A DNA stretch of 63,836 bases, the filler included, from Acidimicrobiia bacterium (GTDB lineage: Bacteria; Actinomycetota; Acidimicrobiia; Spongiisociales; JAENVV01): NCBI GenBank assembly GCA_041577335.1. It is 4 parts of 4 records of this genome, joined end to end, with 100 filler letters (N's around TTAATTAATTAA, not from the genome) between each part and the next. Parts side by side here need not be neighbours in the genome. Positions count along the whole stretch, not along the records: positions 1 to 18,179 come from JBFGJH010000069.1; positions 18,280 to 36,428 come from JBFGJH010000070.1; 2 more parts are not named here. One strand, given 5' to 3'. Each line of letters opens with the position of its first letter. The stretch's first letter is position 1. The notes beneath the pieces are model-generated. The model did no database searches. It was not told where the DNA came from and saw only the letters and a list, made by a program, of their open reading frames with translations. This document shows, in pieces, positions 9,721 to 20,191 of the stretch. Made by a program: the position numbers and the translations under genes.

Positions 9721-9800
9721 GCGCAAGCGCCGAGGCTTCCGTCTCCAAATACCTACGCGCAGCCGCCTCATGTTCGCCGGCAAGCCCGGTCGGCTGCCCG

Positions 9801-10736
9801 CTATCCCATCGTGCCCACCGCCTGACTGGCGGCGCCTTGGAAGTCGGGGGTGATGAACTGGTATCCCTCAGCCAGGAGCCGGGTTGGGACGGCACGGCGT
9901 CCGGTAAGTGCCAGGGCCGGGTCGGAGCCGAGCAGCCGGGCGCCGATCTTGGTCACCAAGCCTGGGGAGGGGAGCCCGAACCAGCGACCGACGAGTCGGC
10001 GGTAGGTCGCCATCATCTCTTCGTTACGGATGGGGTTCGGCGACGTGACGTGATACACGCCTCGCATGGAATCGTCGTCGATGGCGCGGACCATGATCGC
10101 AATGAAATCATCGAGGGAGACCCATGAAACCCATTGTTGGCCCGAGCCGACCTTGCCTCCCAGTCCCATACGACACAGCCAGACGAGCCGGTCCGTGGCT
10201 GGGTCGCCGCTTCCGCCTATCCCGATGCCGGCTCGCAATACCACTGTGCGGGGCACCGGCCGGCTTACCGACGCGAACGCCGTCTCCCACTCGGTAGCCA
10301 CCTGCACCATTTGCGGAGGGCCTTCGGAGGAGGGGACTGTGCCTTCGTCGATGAGCGTCTCGCCGGCATCGCCATACAGGGCCAATGTCGAAAGCTGGAC
10401 CCAAACCGGAGGAGGGCTGGAGACTTCGGCCCAGGCCCGGCCCACCGCCCGCACCGGATCCACCCGTGACGAGATCAGCTCAGCCAGATTCCGTTTCGTC
10501 GGCGGGCAATCGACCCGCTTGCCGGACAAATGCACGATGGCGTCGGCGCCTTCGAGGACTCTGGCCCAATCGCCGTTCGTGGCGCCGTCCCAGTGCACCG
10601 ACTCCCATCCTGCGCTCGAACGAGAAGCGCCCCGGGTGAGCACCACCACCGAATCTCCGCGTGCTACGAGGTGCTCTCTCAGGTTGGTCCCCAAGAAACC
10701 CGAGCCCCCTGGCATGACGATCCGCTTGGCGCCCAT
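9801..10736 (-). CDS. TIGR01777-family NAD-dependent epimerase/oxidoreductase
   Basis: GGSGFLG, GLGGKVGSGQQWVSWV and C-terminal ALTGRRAVPTRLLAEGYQF. Confidence 0.88.
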   Translation of the reverse strand: MGAKRIVMPGGSGFLGTNLREHLVARGDSVVVLTRGASRSSAGWESVHWDGATNGDWARVLEGADAIVHLSGKRVDCPPTKRNLAELISSRVDPVRAVGRAWAEVSSPPPVWVQLSTLALYGDAGETLIDEGTVPSSEGPPQMVQVATEWETAFASVSRPVPRTVVLRAGIGIGGSGDPATDRLVWLCRMGLGGKVGSGQQWVSWVSLDDFIAIMVRAIDDDSMRGVYHVTSPNPIRNEEMMATYRRLVGRWFGLPSPGLVTKIGARLLGSDPALALTGRRAVPTRLLAEGYQFITPDFQGAASQAVGTMG

Positions 10737-10788
10737 GGCGACAACCTAGCCGCCAGCGAGTGGACGGCTCAGTGACCTGCGCAGCCGC

Positions 10789-11112
10789 TCAGCGCGCCAG
10801 CTTGCGAGCGGCAAAAGATCGGATCCGTTCCGCATAGAAGGAGGGCCAATCGCCCGTACCCTCCCCGGATGCCATTGCCAGGTCAGCGGCAACCAGGACA
10901 TGAACGAGCTCACTCCGCGTCAGGAGCACTCCCAGCCTGTCCCAGAGACGGGTCTGGACGTAGGCGGCGTAGAACAGCGGCCACTCGGGATCGACCCCAT
11001 CGGATTCGATGAATGCGGCGTGATGGTGCTTCCCCGCTTCGACGAACAGCGCGGCGAGCTCGCTGTCTGTGATGGCACTCTCCACCGCTTGCCTCTTCCT
11101 GCTCGACATCAT
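10789..11112 (-). CDS. Hypothetical protein
   Basis: Protein-like C-terminal part of ORF 10789..11817 (HHHAAFIESDGVDPEWPLFYA...WPSFYA). The start is uncertain. Confidence 0.55.
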   Translation of the reverse strand: MMSSRKRQAVESAITDSELAALFVEAGKHHHAAFIESDGVDPEWPLFYAAYVQTRLWDRLGVLLTRSELVHVLVAADLAMASGEGTGDWPSFYAERIRSFAARKLAR

Positions 11113-11304
11113 CGGCAGTTTCCGATCGTAGCTCGGGGCAGGGCCCTGACGGCACCGTCCTCCGTGCGGCAACCGGTGTATCGGATCTCCATGAGCATCC
11201 GCCGATCGCGCCGCGGCAGTGACCTTGTCCTCTTGATCGATGTAGCGCTCAGGTAGATGATGACAGGTGGCGATCAGGAGATGAATCTGCCAAAAGGGGG
11301 AACA

Positions 11305-11838
11305 ATGACTGTTCGCACCGAACCCACCGCGCAGGTCGAAGCTGGCCAGGTCGAGCCAGCAAAGACCCCAAACCGTCTTCCGACCATCACAACGATGATC
11401 TTGGCGGTGGCTTTCATCGCGTTGGGTGCTTGGGTCGTCTATGACATGAACACCGTGCCTGACACTGCGGTCACCGCAGAGATCGAGACCTTGCTCGACG
11501 ACTATCTGGCAGCGTGGAACACCTCCGACGGGGAGGCGTTCGTGGAGCTCGTCACGGCTGGCTACACCCTCGACATGGTGGGAGGCGTCGCCTCGGCCAC
11601 CGAAAGGGTCGAAGGAGCCTCCGAGTTGATCAACAGCCTCGAACCAATGGAGTGGAGTGTCGCAGTCGTCGGCGAGCGGATGATGACCGGAGACGGGCCG
11701 TGGTATGTGACAGAAGTCGAACACTTCACCGCCCCCGGCTACGGCGCAGAGGGCGCTGACGGCGTGTCCACGTTCACCGTTGTCGATGACGGAGGCACAC
11801 TGAAGATCGCTCGCCACGCTTTCGTAGGAAACAACTAG
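11305..11838 (+). CDS. Membrane-anchored SnoaL/NTF2-like protein
   Basis: N-terminal TM helix, then LLDDYLAAWNTSDGEAFVEL...GTLKIARH pattern. AAGGGGG RBS. Confidence 0.65.
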   Translation: MTVRTEPTAQVEAGQVEPAKTPNRLPTITTMILAVAFIALGAWVVYDMNTVPDTAVTAEIETLLDDYLAAWNTSDGEAFVELVTAGYTLDMVGGVASATERVEGASELINSLEPMEWSVAVVGERMMTGDGPWYVTEVEHFTAPGYGAEGADGVSTFTVVDDGGTLKIARHAFVGNN

Positions 11839-11914
11839 TCACTTCAGGCCAGCGCCAGGTCGAGCGCGCTCGAAGGGATCAGTCGAGAGCAGCTCACCTA
11901 CCTAGGCTCGCAGG

Positions 11915-12883
11915 ATGCAACACCGTGTCCTCGGGGGCTCTGGCATCGCTGTTTCGGCAATTGGCCTGGGTCTCGCCGCGCTCGGACGACCGGGATACAT
12001 CACCCTTGGTCACGATGCCGATATATCCGGCGCTACCGACCCTTCGGCCCTCCAACTTCGTGCGCATGAGGTTCTCGACACCGCCTACGCGGCCGGTGTG
12101 ACATACGTCGACGCCGCCCGTTCGTACGGGAGGGCCGAGGAGTTTCTGTCGACATGGCTCGATTCCCGCGACATGCCGACCGAGAACCTGATCGTCGGCT
12201 CGAAGTGGGGGTACGTGTATGAGGCCGGGTGGAAGGTCGATGCCGAGGTCCACGAGCGAAAGATCCATACGATCGAGAATCTCGATCGCCAATATCTCGA
12301 AAGCGTCGAATTGATCGGCGGCCACCTCCGCTTGTATCAAATCCACTCGGCGACCGAGGCGAGCGGCGTGCTGGAGAACCCTGAGGTGCTGGGCAGGCTC
12401 GCCGAGCTGAGAGAACTTGGGTTGGTGATCGGCCTTACCACGAGCGGACCTGACCAAGCAAGCATCATCCGACGGGCTCTCGAGATCGAGGCAGATGGGC
12501 GCCGCCTTTTCACCACCGTGCAGGCGACTTGGAATTTGCTGGAAACCTCGGCAGGTGTAGCGCTGGCCGAGGCTGCGGACGCCGGGCTGGGGGTCATTGT
12601 GAAAGAGGCAGTGGCCAATGGTCGGCTGACGTCGCGTAATCGACGAATGGCCGACCGGCTCACGGGCTCGGCCCCAGAGTGGTCGCCCGACGCTATCGCA
12701 ATGGCGGCCGGCCTTCACCAGCCATGGTCGAGCGTCGTCTTGAGCGGCGCAGCCACGAGCGAGCAGCTGACAAGCAACTTGCAGGCACTTGACGTTCCGC
12801 GTGCAGTGACCGATGAACTACCGCCACTGGCTGAGTCACCGGACGAGTACTGGGCCACACGCGGAGACCTTCCCTGGCACTGA
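11915..12883 (+). CDS. Aldo/keto reductase
   Basis: DAARSYG (Asp/Tyr), GSKWG (Lys), YQIHS (His), QATWNLL and LSGA motifs. Confidence 0.9.
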   Translation: MQHRVLGGSGIAVSAIGLGLAALGRPGYITLGHDADISGATDPSALQLRAHEVLDTAYAAGVTYVDAARSYGRAEEFLSTWLDSRDMPTENLIVGSKWGYVYEAGWKVDAEVHERKIHTIENLDRQYLESVELIGGHLRLYQIHSATEASGVLENPEVLGRLAELRELGLVIGLTTSGPDQASIIRRALEIEADGRRLFTTVQATWNLLETSAGVALAEAADAGLGVIVKEAVANGRLTSRNRRMADRLTGSAPEWSPDAIAMAAGLHQPWSSVVLSGAATSEQLTSNLQALDVPRAVTDELPPLAESPDEYWATRGDLPWH

Positions 12884-12971
12884 CGGGCGGTGTCTCGGTC
12901 ATGCTGGGAGAAGAGTCGGGTGGCCCGTGCGGGACAGGTCCCGCTTCCCGGGGGAGAGAGCGCAAGTTGGG

Positions 12972-13559
12972 TCAGCCGGCAATCGCTGAGGTGCCGGCCT
13001 CGGCGCAGAGTGCTGCCGTGTGAACGATCGATCCGAGAACCGCCGTAAGTTGGTCGCGGATGTCATCAGAGACGATGGCGCCGCCTTCGATCGCATCGGA
13101 GGCTCGAGCGAGCATGAGTTCCGGTTCGTCGATGACAACGGCCCCCGTGCGACCGAGGACCTGCCTGAGATGCTCCTGGGCGTACTTCGTACCGCTCCTT
13201 CCGGGTGTTGCCCCAATAACGGCCACCAATTTGTTGGCAAGCGGTGCGTTGGGATACATGCGGGACGACCAGTCGATCCCGTTCTTGAGGACGCCGGGCA
13301 TTCCGCTGTTGTACTCCGGAGTAACCACCAAGAGAGCGTCGGCACTTCTCACCGAGTCTTTCAGGGCCCGGACCGGTTCGGGATCTCCGGCGGCTTCGAG
13401 GTCTCCGTCGTAATGAGGGACGGTACGCAGATCGAAGTCGGTGATGTCAACGCCGGCGGGTGCCAGTTCACGGGCTGTCGCGATGAGAGTCTGGTTGTAG
13501 GACCCGGACCGATAGCTGCCGGCCAGCGCAAGAATCCGGAAGGTGTCGTTTGTGTTCAT
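12972..13559 (-). CDS. NADPH-dependent FMN reductase (ChrR-like)
   Basis: GSYRSGSYN, TPEYNSGMPGVLKNGIDW and GATPGRSG. CAGGAG RBS. Confidence 0.9.
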   Translation of the reverse strand: MNTNDTFRILALAGSYRSGSYNQTLIATARELAPAGVDITDFDLRTVPHYDGDLEAAGDPEPVRALKDSVRSADALLVVTPEYNSGMPGVLKNGIDWSSRMYPNAPLANKLVAVIGATPGRSGTKYAQEHLRQVLGRTGAVVIDEPELMLARASDAIEGGAIVSDDIRDQLTAVLGSIVHTAALCAEAGTSAIAG

Positions 13560-13714
13560 GGCTTTCTCCTGTTTGCTCGATCGCTGTCGCCGGCCGCGGC
13601 GGGTTCCGACTGGGCGAGGGCCGGTCTTGATGGCCTGAGTTCGCTCCGCACGTCTGTCGGCCGAGGGTAAGCCTTCTCGTCGGATGTGGCCATTCCAGAC
13701 AAGCTTGCTCGCAC

Positions 13715-15505
13715 CTAAAGGCTCGGGGTCTGACCGGTTGCCGCCAGTGCCATCGCCACCTGCACGATCGCAACGAGAATCGCAAAACTCGCCAACATCA
13801 GTCCGAGCGACTGTAAGCGGGACAGGCGGCGCGTCTGCGACTCGACGTCTCCGGTTGCTGGGCCCCACCGAATGAGCCCGCGGCTCACCATCCATCGGTG
13901 AGCGGGATAGCCGGTCAGCACGGCAGCGGCACTTCCCAGCACGAGAACTGCCCATATCGCTCTGATGGGCTCACCGAACGGGTACCACAGGTCGAATCGA
14001 TCGAGTGCTGAAGGGAGCAGAACGTAGGCGCCGATCAGGATCGTATTGGTTGAGACGATCTGGACTGTCAACGGCTGCGCATGCGTCGTCCACCGGCTGC
14101 CTTCCCTCCTGGGAAACCGCGACAACCAGTAGACCAGTAGCCCCGTTCCGAGCGGCAACAGAACGACCAGCGCAGGTTCGTAAGAGTTGGACAATGCGAT
14201 CACGAAGACCCCGACGAGGTTTCCCGCCGCGCTCCACATGGTGGAACCGAGGGCGCGTTTGGAAGCCGACATGGCCGCCTCTGCCCCGTCAGCGGCTCGT
14301 GTTGGTCGGCGATACAGATTCACATAAGCGAGCAGCCCGAGTGGTCCGAAGAAGACGACCACCAGCAGCCAAACCCCAATGCTCCCCCATTGAGTCGTCT
14401 GGTCCTCCCACAAGGCCCAACTCAGGTAACCGAGCGATCCAATGGTGAGAACCAGCCAGATCAGCAGCGCCCGATCGATGCTCAGTGCGGGAGTGGTCGC
14501 CTGGAGCTGGTTGAGTCCACCGACGTCTTGCAGCCACGCCAAGGCGTCGTTGACGGCTGCCGGTGATATGCCGTGGCCCTCGTCGTACCACAGGGTTGTT
14601 TTGGGCTCGCTGCCGGCAGCTTGGTAGCGCAAGGCGTCGGCAGGAGGAACGAGCTCGTCCGTTGCCCCGTTCTGAAACAGGAGAGCGGCAGGTGCCGCAT
14701 GGCTCACATAGTGGATGGGCTCGATGGGCCACATCGCCTCCAGCCAGGCCTGCCGTGCTTCTTCCGAAAGGCCCGTGTAGAGATAGTCGCCCTGGTCTTC
14801 GGGCCCGGTGAGGTGGGTGACCAGGCCGCCGTCACCGAGTTGCAGCGCATATGCCGCCAGTCGGTCTTCGACACCGGCCAGCAAGCCTCCCATCGCGCCG
14901 CCGTAGCTGACACCGACGTACGCCAACCGGTCCGGGTCTACGTCAGTTCGAGAGATGAGCACGTCTACGGCGCGACGCAGGTCCACGATCAGTTGTATCT
15001 GCTCGTCGCGGTCGTTCTCAGTCAAGAGGAGTGCCTCGCGACCGGCATTGTGCGGACGGGCAAAGGGTGCGTCGATCGTGATCACTACCGCTCCTAGCCG
15101 CGCAAAGGCTGTTGCCGGCTGCGACATGGCGCTTCGATCAGACGGCAAACCGTGCATCAACACGAGACCGGCAAAGGCCCCGCTGCCGTCGGGAACAAAC
15201 AGGGTGGCCGGAACCCGACCGCCCTTCGGGCTCGCATAAGACAGGTCAACCACGGTGACGCCGTCAATACGGCGGATGCCGGCCTGCTCGAGATCCAGCG
15301 GCGCCTCGGCGTCGTAGTCGAAGAGGTGGCGATTCTCTTGGTAGATCGTGTCAGGGTCGGCGTCGAGGCCCACCGGGAGGAGCCACTCATCGACCACCGC
15401 GGGCGGACCCCGCGCGGCGCCTGTTCCACCACAGCTCGCCAGCGCGATCACCACCGCCGAAAGAGCTACTCTCAGCTTCACGCTGCTCCTTCCGAGCACG
15501 TTCAA
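13715..15505 (-). CDS. Alpha/beta-hydrolase lipoprotein fused to a multi-TM C-terminal domain
   Basis: Lipobox LASC, LMHG, nucleophile GVSYGG, DELVP and EGHG, followed by about six hydrophobic helices. Confidence 0.75.
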   Translation of the reverse strand: MNVLGRSSVKLRVALSAVVIALASCGGTGAARGPPAVVDEWLLPVGLDADPDTIYQENRHLFDYDAEAPLDLEQAGIRRIDGVTVVDLSYASPKGGRVPATLFVPDGSGAFAGLVLMHGLPSDRSAMSQPATAFARLGAVVITIDAPFARPHNAGREALLLTENDRDEQIQLIVDLRRAVDVLISRTDVDPDRLAYVGVSYGGAMGGLLAGVEDRLAAYALQLGDGGLVTHLTGPEDQGDYLYTGLSEEARQAWLEAMWPIEPIHYVSHAAPAALLFQNGATDELVPPADALRYQAAGSEPKTTLWYDEGHGISPAAVNDALAWLQDVGGLNQLQATTPALSIDRALLIWLVLTIGSLGYLSWALWEDQTTQWGSIGVWLLVVVFFGPLGLLAYVNLYRRPTRAADGAEAAMSASKRALGSTMWSAAGNLVGVFVIALSNSYEPALVVLLPLGTGLLVYWLSRFPRREGSRWTTHAQPLTVQIVSTNTILIGAYVLLPSALDRFDLWYPFGEPIRAIWAVLVLGSAAAVLTGYPAHRWMVSRGLIRWGPATGDVESQTRRLSRLQSLGLMLASFAILVAIVQVAMALAATGQTPSL

Positions 15506-15535
15506 ACGATATCCGCAGAGACAGGTGCCGGTCTA

Positions 15536-15549
15536 GGGCCGAACGGCCC
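15536..15549. promoter_or_regulatory. DosR/NarL-like palindrome
   Basis: GGGCCG-AA-CGGCCC about 30 bp upstream of the 15505 start. Confidence 0.35.
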
Positions 15550-15603
15550 GAGCGGCCGCGGACGAGTTGGCAATCGCCAACAAACCTGCGCTGTTGGCTC
15601 GCG

Positions 15604-16428
15604 CTACCGCTCCGTAACCTCGCCGATGAATGCCACCACCTCGTCGACAACGTCGGGGCCGGAGACGAGGTTGGCATCGTTGTGGTCGGCTCCGGGAATC
15701 ACCACCAGCCGCTTGAGCCCCGGCGCAGCTTCATAGATGGCACGGCTTTGGCTGAACGGAACGATGGCATCCCCATCTCCCGCTACGACCAGCGTTGGGA
15801 CAACGACGTCCCCGATCAATTCGTCAGAGGGGTATCGGTCTTTGAGCATGGCGGCGACGGGCAGCCAGGGGTAGTGCACCCGTCCGATCGCCGAAAGTGA
15901 CGTGAAGGGCGACCGCAGGATCAGCGCGGTCGGAGGGTCGGCGCTCGCCAGTTTGACGGCTACCGCGGCTCCTAGCGACTCGCCGAAGTAGGCCAGCCGG
16001 TGGTCGGGTTCCCGCTCCCGCAAGAAGGCGACGGCCCCGCGAGCATCGGCAGCCAGACCCGCCTCCGTCGGATGACCAGGATTGCCTCCATAGCCCCGGT
16101 AGTCGGTGAGCAGCACTCCCAGCCCCGCAGAGGCGAGACCACGGCCGAGCGACGCTCTTCCTGCTCTGTTTCCTGCATTGCCGTTGAAAACCACCACCAC
16201 CGGTTGGCCGGGGGACGGTGCCCGGTACCAAGCCCCCAGCATGAGGCCATCGGCAGTCTCGTAGGTGACCTCCTCCCATCCCGCACCCATGACGCCAATC
16301 GAAGGCGCGCTCTCGTCTGGGAAGTAGATGAGTCGGCGTTGCCCGGCCCACATGCCCAAGCCGGCAACGAGAACCACGGCGAGTGCGATGAATGCGCTCA
16401 TTACCGACCCCCTCAACCTCTTGGTCAT
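15604..16428 (-). CDS. Alpha/beta hydrolase (ABHD13/YhfR-like)
   Basis: QRRLIYFP, FNGNAG, DYRGYG, GESLG, DAIVP and ADHND. Confidence 0.88.
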   Translation of the reverse strand: MTKRLRGSVMSAFIALAVVLVAGLGMWAGQRRLIYFPDESAPSIGVMGAGWEEVTYETADGLMLGAWYRAPSPGQPVVVVFNGNAGNRAGRASLGRGLASAGLGVLLTDYRGYGGNPGHPTEAGLAADARGAVAFLREREPDHRLAYFGESLGAAVAVKLASADPPTALILRSPFTSLSAIGRVHYPWLPVAAMLKDRYPSDELIGDVVVPTLVVAGDGDAIVPFSQSRAIYEAAPGLKRLVVIPGADHNDANLVSGPDVVDEVVAFIGEVTER

Positions 16429-16496
16429 TTATCTGCTCCGTCAGATCGACGATACCTGGCCGGCGCAGCCAGGCGCCCAGCTGCCAGGATGGGGCT

Positions 16497-17657
16497 GTGA
16501 CCGCTCTTCTGACACCGTTTCGCGGCTATGTGCCTGCCGTCGAGTTTGCTCATCGGGTGGTCGGCCCGCCGGTCTCGATGCTCTCTCCCGACCAGCGCGA
16601 GGCCGCCCGCACCGATCCTCTGAGCTTTCGACACGTGGTGGGGCGTGGCGCAGGAAGCTCGCAGAAAGAGGCCAGGGAGTGGCTCGAGACCTGCCGGCGC
16701 GAAGGAGTTCTCCGCGAGGTGGGACCTGCCGTATTCGTATACCGGCTCGCGAAAGACGACCTGGTTGCCACGGGCCTCGTCGCCGACGTGTCAGTCGGCG
16801 CGTACGACTCCGGCCTTGTCAAGCGGCACGAAACCACCATTGCCAGGACCGAACAGAAGATGGCTCGCTATATGCGGACGACCCGTATCTACGGCAATCC
16901 GGTAGCGCTGGCACACCGCGAGAACGAGCGAATGAGCGCCACCATCGCAGCACACACGCGACGAGACGCCGACTACAGCTTCGTCGCAGGAGATGGCTTC
17001 TCCCACGCACTGTGGGAGGTAGCGGGGGACGAGGCAAATGAGCTGTGTGCGGCGTTTGAGGACACCCTCTACATCACCGATGGGCATCACCGAATGGCGG
17101 CTGCGTCAGTCCTGGCCGCCGCCGAGGGTCGCATGGATCCGCACCTCCCTGCCGGTTTGTTCTCAGCAGACGAGCTGAGGCTGCGCGCTTTCGCCCGCTG
17201 CGTCGTCGATCCGGACATCGACGCCGACACGGTTGTCAAGCGCCTTCGCTCCGAGTACGAACTCGACGACGTGAGCGAGGTCGAGGCCCGGCCGCGTGGC
17301 CGGTTTGAATTCGGCGTCAGAATCGGCGGCCATTGTTTTCGTTTGCGGATCGATCGTGCCGCCGTGCCCGATGATTTCTACCGTTCGCTCGATGTCAATC
17401 TCCTCCAGGACCGGATCCTCGAGCCGGTGTTCGGCATCGCCAACCCCCGCCAGGATCGTCGTCTGCATTTCACCGCCGACCATCCTGCGCTGAGAAGCCC
17501 TAAACCCGCCTGCGATGCGTGGTTCTTGCCGTTTCCGGCGTCCGTTGACGACGTGATGGCTGTTGCCGACTCGGGCCGTGCCATGCCACCAAAGAGCACC
17601 TGGTTTGGTCCCAAGCTCCCCAGTGGTCTCGTTATCCGGCTACTCGACAAGACCTAG
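16497..17657 (+). CDS. DUF1015-family protein
   Basis: PFRG, VKRHETT, YITDGHHR and MPPKSTWFGPKLPSGL. Confidence 0.85.
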   Translation: MTALLTPFRGYVPAVEFAHRVVGPPVSMLSPDQREAARTDPLSFRHVVGRGAGSSQKEAREWLETCRREGVLREVGPAVFVYRLAKDDLVATGLVADVSVGAYDSGLVKRHETTIARTEQKMARYMRTTRIYGNPVALAHRENERMSATIAAHTRRDADYSFVAGDGFSHALWEVAGDEANELCAAFEDTLYITDGHHRMAAASVLAAAEGRMDPHLPAGLFSADELRLRAFARCVVDPDIDADTVVKRLRSEYELDDVSEVEARPRGRFEFGVRIGGHCFRLRIDRAAVPDDFYRSLDVNLLQDRILEPVFGIANPRQDRRLHFTADHPALRSPKPACDAWFLPFPASVDDVMAVADSGRAMPPKSTWFGPKLPSGLVIRLLDKT

Positions 17658-17739
17658 CTACGACGCGCCCGGCGCGTTTGTGGGATCCTGCAGCCATGGC
17701 TGAACCATTGAGGCCCGGTGGGTTTGCGTCGGTGAAACC

Positions 17740-18179
17740 GTGAGCACCGAGGAGCACTGGGACAAGATCTATTCGCGGCGGCCGACGGCCGACTTGGGCT
17801 GGTACGAGCCGGAGCCCTCGACGCTGGGTCTGGTGACCGCCCATGCAAGTCTCGGGGACTCGGTGATCGATGTCGGTGGCGGCGACAGCCGGCTCGTCGA
17901 CCGGCTGCTCGATCTCGGCTTCGGCGACCTGACCGTTCTTGACCTGAGCGCGGTGGCGATCGAGCGTGCTCGGGGCCGGATTGGCTCGCGAGGCTCAGCG
18001 GTTGCCTGGATCCATGCCGACGTCACCGAGTTTGTGCCGAGTCGGACATGGGACCTCTGGCACGATCGGGCGGTATTCCATTTCCTCGTGACGAAGGCTC
18101 AGCGCGACGCCTACCGGGCGGCCGCCGTGCGTGCGGTCGCGCCCGAAGGGCTGTTGGTGGTGGCGACGTTCAGCAGTGA
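17740..18179 (+). CDS. Class I SAM-dependent methyltransferase (3' truncated at contig end)
   Basis: EHWDKIY, VIDVGGGDS, LDLSAVA and WHDRAVFHFL. Confidence 0.85.
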
Positions 18180-18279
18180 NNNNNNNNNNNNNNNNNNNNN
18201 NNNNNNNNNNNNNNNNNNNNNNNTTAATTAATTAANNNNNNNNNNNNNNNNNNNNNNNNNNNNNNNNNNNNNNNNNNNN
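18180..18279. other. Artificial contig join
   Basis: 100-nt N spacer with central TTAATTAATTAA (stop codons in all frames). Confidence 0.97.
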
Positions 18280-18993
18280 CTGCCTGCCACGATTCGACTC
18301 GGCTCGGCCGTGGAAGGGATCGTGGCGAAGGGAGAGGTGACAACGCTGATCACCAGCACGGGTTCGGTTGCGGCCCGGCTGGTCGTCAATTGTGCCGGTT
18401 TGCACGCGGATCGTGTGGCGGCGATGGCCGGTGTCGACCCCCCGGCGAGGATCGTCCCGTTTCGCGGGGAGTACTTTGTTCTCTCGGAGTCGGCGCATCA
18501 GCTCGTGAGGGCGCTCGTCTATCCAGTGCCAGACCCTCGGTTTCCCTTTTTAGGAGTGCATTTCACGCGGGGAATCGACGGTTTCGTGGAAGTCGGGCCC
18601 AACGCCGTGCCGGCGTTCGGCCGCGAGCACTATCGCGGCGCTGCAGCGAGTTGGTCGGATACGGCGGATACGGTCAGGTATGCGGGAGCGCGCCGGCTGG
18701 CCCGGCGATACTGGCGAACCGGGGCGTTGGAGCTCTGGCGGTCAACCCATAGAGCGGCATATGCCCGCGAAGCCCGCCGCCTCGTTCCCGCGTTGAAGGC
18801 CGCCGATCTGGCGCCGGGAGGTGCCGGGGTTCGGGCGCAGGCGGTGGCCAGGGATGGCTCTCTCGTGGACGATTTTCTCGTCGTCGATGGCCCAGGGTCG
18901 GTGCACGTTCTCAATGCCCCCTCACCGGCCGCCACAGCCTCCCTCACCATCGGCCATCACATTGCCGAACGGGTCGTGGGGATGCTGCGGTAG
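18280..18993 (+). CDS. lhgO: L-2-hydroxyglutarate oxidase-like FAD oxidoreductase (5' truncated)
   Basis: NCAGLHADRVA, PFRGEY, YPVPDPRFPFLGVHFT, GVRAQA and NAPSPAATASL. Confidence 0.82.
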   Translation: MPATIRLGSAVEGIVAKGEVTTLITSTGSVAARLVVNCAGLHADRVAAMAGVDPPARIVPFRGEYFVLSESAHQLVRALVYPVPDPRFPFLGVHFTRGIDGFVEVGPNAVPAFGREHYRGAAASWSDTADTVRYAGARRLARRYWRTGALELWRSTHRAAYAREARRLVPALKAADLAPGGAGVRAQAVARDGSLVDDFLVVDGPGSVHVLNAPSPAATASLTIGHHIAERVVGMLR

Positions 18994-19031
18994 ACGTATC
19001 GCTCGGCGGCCATCTCCTACACTCGCAACCT

Positions 19032-20057
19032 ATGAGCAGCACAACGCTCAAGGACGTGGCGAAGGCTGCCGGAGTGCACCCTTCGACTGCGTCGCGTGCG
19101 TTGAACCCGGCGACCCGATCCGTTGTCAGCGACACGACGGTTTCCAAGGTCCGGGCCGCAGCCGACAAGCTCAACTACCAACCTCACCTCCTGGCCCGCA
19201 GTCTGCGAACCAATCGGACGATGACCGTGGGCATCGTGATACCAGACATCGAGAATCCCCTTTTTGGGCCGATCATCGCCGGCGTCGAGGAGCGCCTCGC
19301 GGCTGATGGGTACTCGCTGCTCATCACCAATACCCAACAACCATCGGAAGCCGATGTCGACACCGTCGTGCGAACGCTCATCGAGCGGCGGGTCGACGGC
19401 CTGATCATGGCGACGGCCCGCCGCCACGATCGCACCGTCGAGGAGCTCGTCAGTCGCGAGACTCCGACGGTGTTGGTCAATAGGACGGCCGAGGGGGTGG
19501 CGATCCCCGCCGTCCTGGGTGACGATCACGCCGGCATCGGGAGCGCCATCGAGCACCTGGTTGGGCTCGGTCACAGACAGATCGGGCACGTATCCGGTCC
19601 CAGTACCTTGTCGACTGGCTTGGCGCGGCGGCATGCGTTCGACACGTGGATCGGGAGTTCGGGCCTCGATCCAGGAGCCGTCGAGGAAGCCGACTGGTAT
19701 CAGGTGGAGCCGGGGTATCGAGCAGCAGGAGCACTGCTCGATCGCCATCCCGGGCTCACCGCCGTCGTGGCCGCCAACGATCTAATCGCATTGGGCTGCT
19801 ACCGGGCGGCCCGCCAGCGCGGGCACCGAATAGGAGAAACGATGTCGGTCACCGGATACAACGATGTTCCGTTCATGGAGTTCGTCGAGCCGGCACTCAC
19901 GTCGGTCCGCATACCGTATCGACGCCTGGGGGTGGAAGCAGCGTCCTTGTTGATGGTGGTGATGGGCGGCGATTCATCCAGCAGCTTGGGGGCACAACCG
20001 GTTCGGCTCACGCCGACATTGTCGATCCGCGCCTCGACCGGACCACCAAACCGCTGA
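19032..20057 (+). CDS. LacI-family transcriptional regulator
   Basis: TLKDVAKAAGVHPSTASRALN HTH, ARSL hinge and a sugar-binding domain. Confidence 0.93.
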   Translation: MSSTTLKDVAKAAGVHPSTASRALNPATRSVVSDTTVSKVRAAADKLNYQPHLLARSLRTNRTMTVGIVIPDIENPLFGPIIAGVEERLAADGYSLLITNTQQPSEADVDTVVRTLIERRVDGLIMATARRHDRTVEELVSRETPTVLVNRTAEGVAIPAVLGDDHAGIGSAIEHLVGLGHRQIGHVSGPSTLSTGLARRHAFDTWIGSSGLDPGAVEEADWYQVEPGYRAAGALLDRHPGLTAVVAANDLIALGCYRAARQRGHRIGETMSVTGYNDVPFMEFVEPALTSVRIPYRRLGVEAASLLMVVMGGDSSSSLGAQPVRLTPTLSIRASTGPPNR

Positions 20058-20191
20058 GATCCTGCCATCGGTAGCCGCGCCTGACGGCCATGGATACGCT
20101 CATTCGAAGCGGAGCTCGATAGCCGTGCCCGGATTCTCGACGCCGGGTCAATTCCGGGATGCACCGGGGTCGGCGCAGCACGGGACGCAGC

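Noticed and set aside
18180..18279. TTAATTAATTAA palindrome repeated three times in the window (also at 36429-36528 and 53669-53768)
   Set aside because: It is embedded in N runs of identical 100-nt layout, so it is an artificial six-frame-stop linker rather than a biological repeat.
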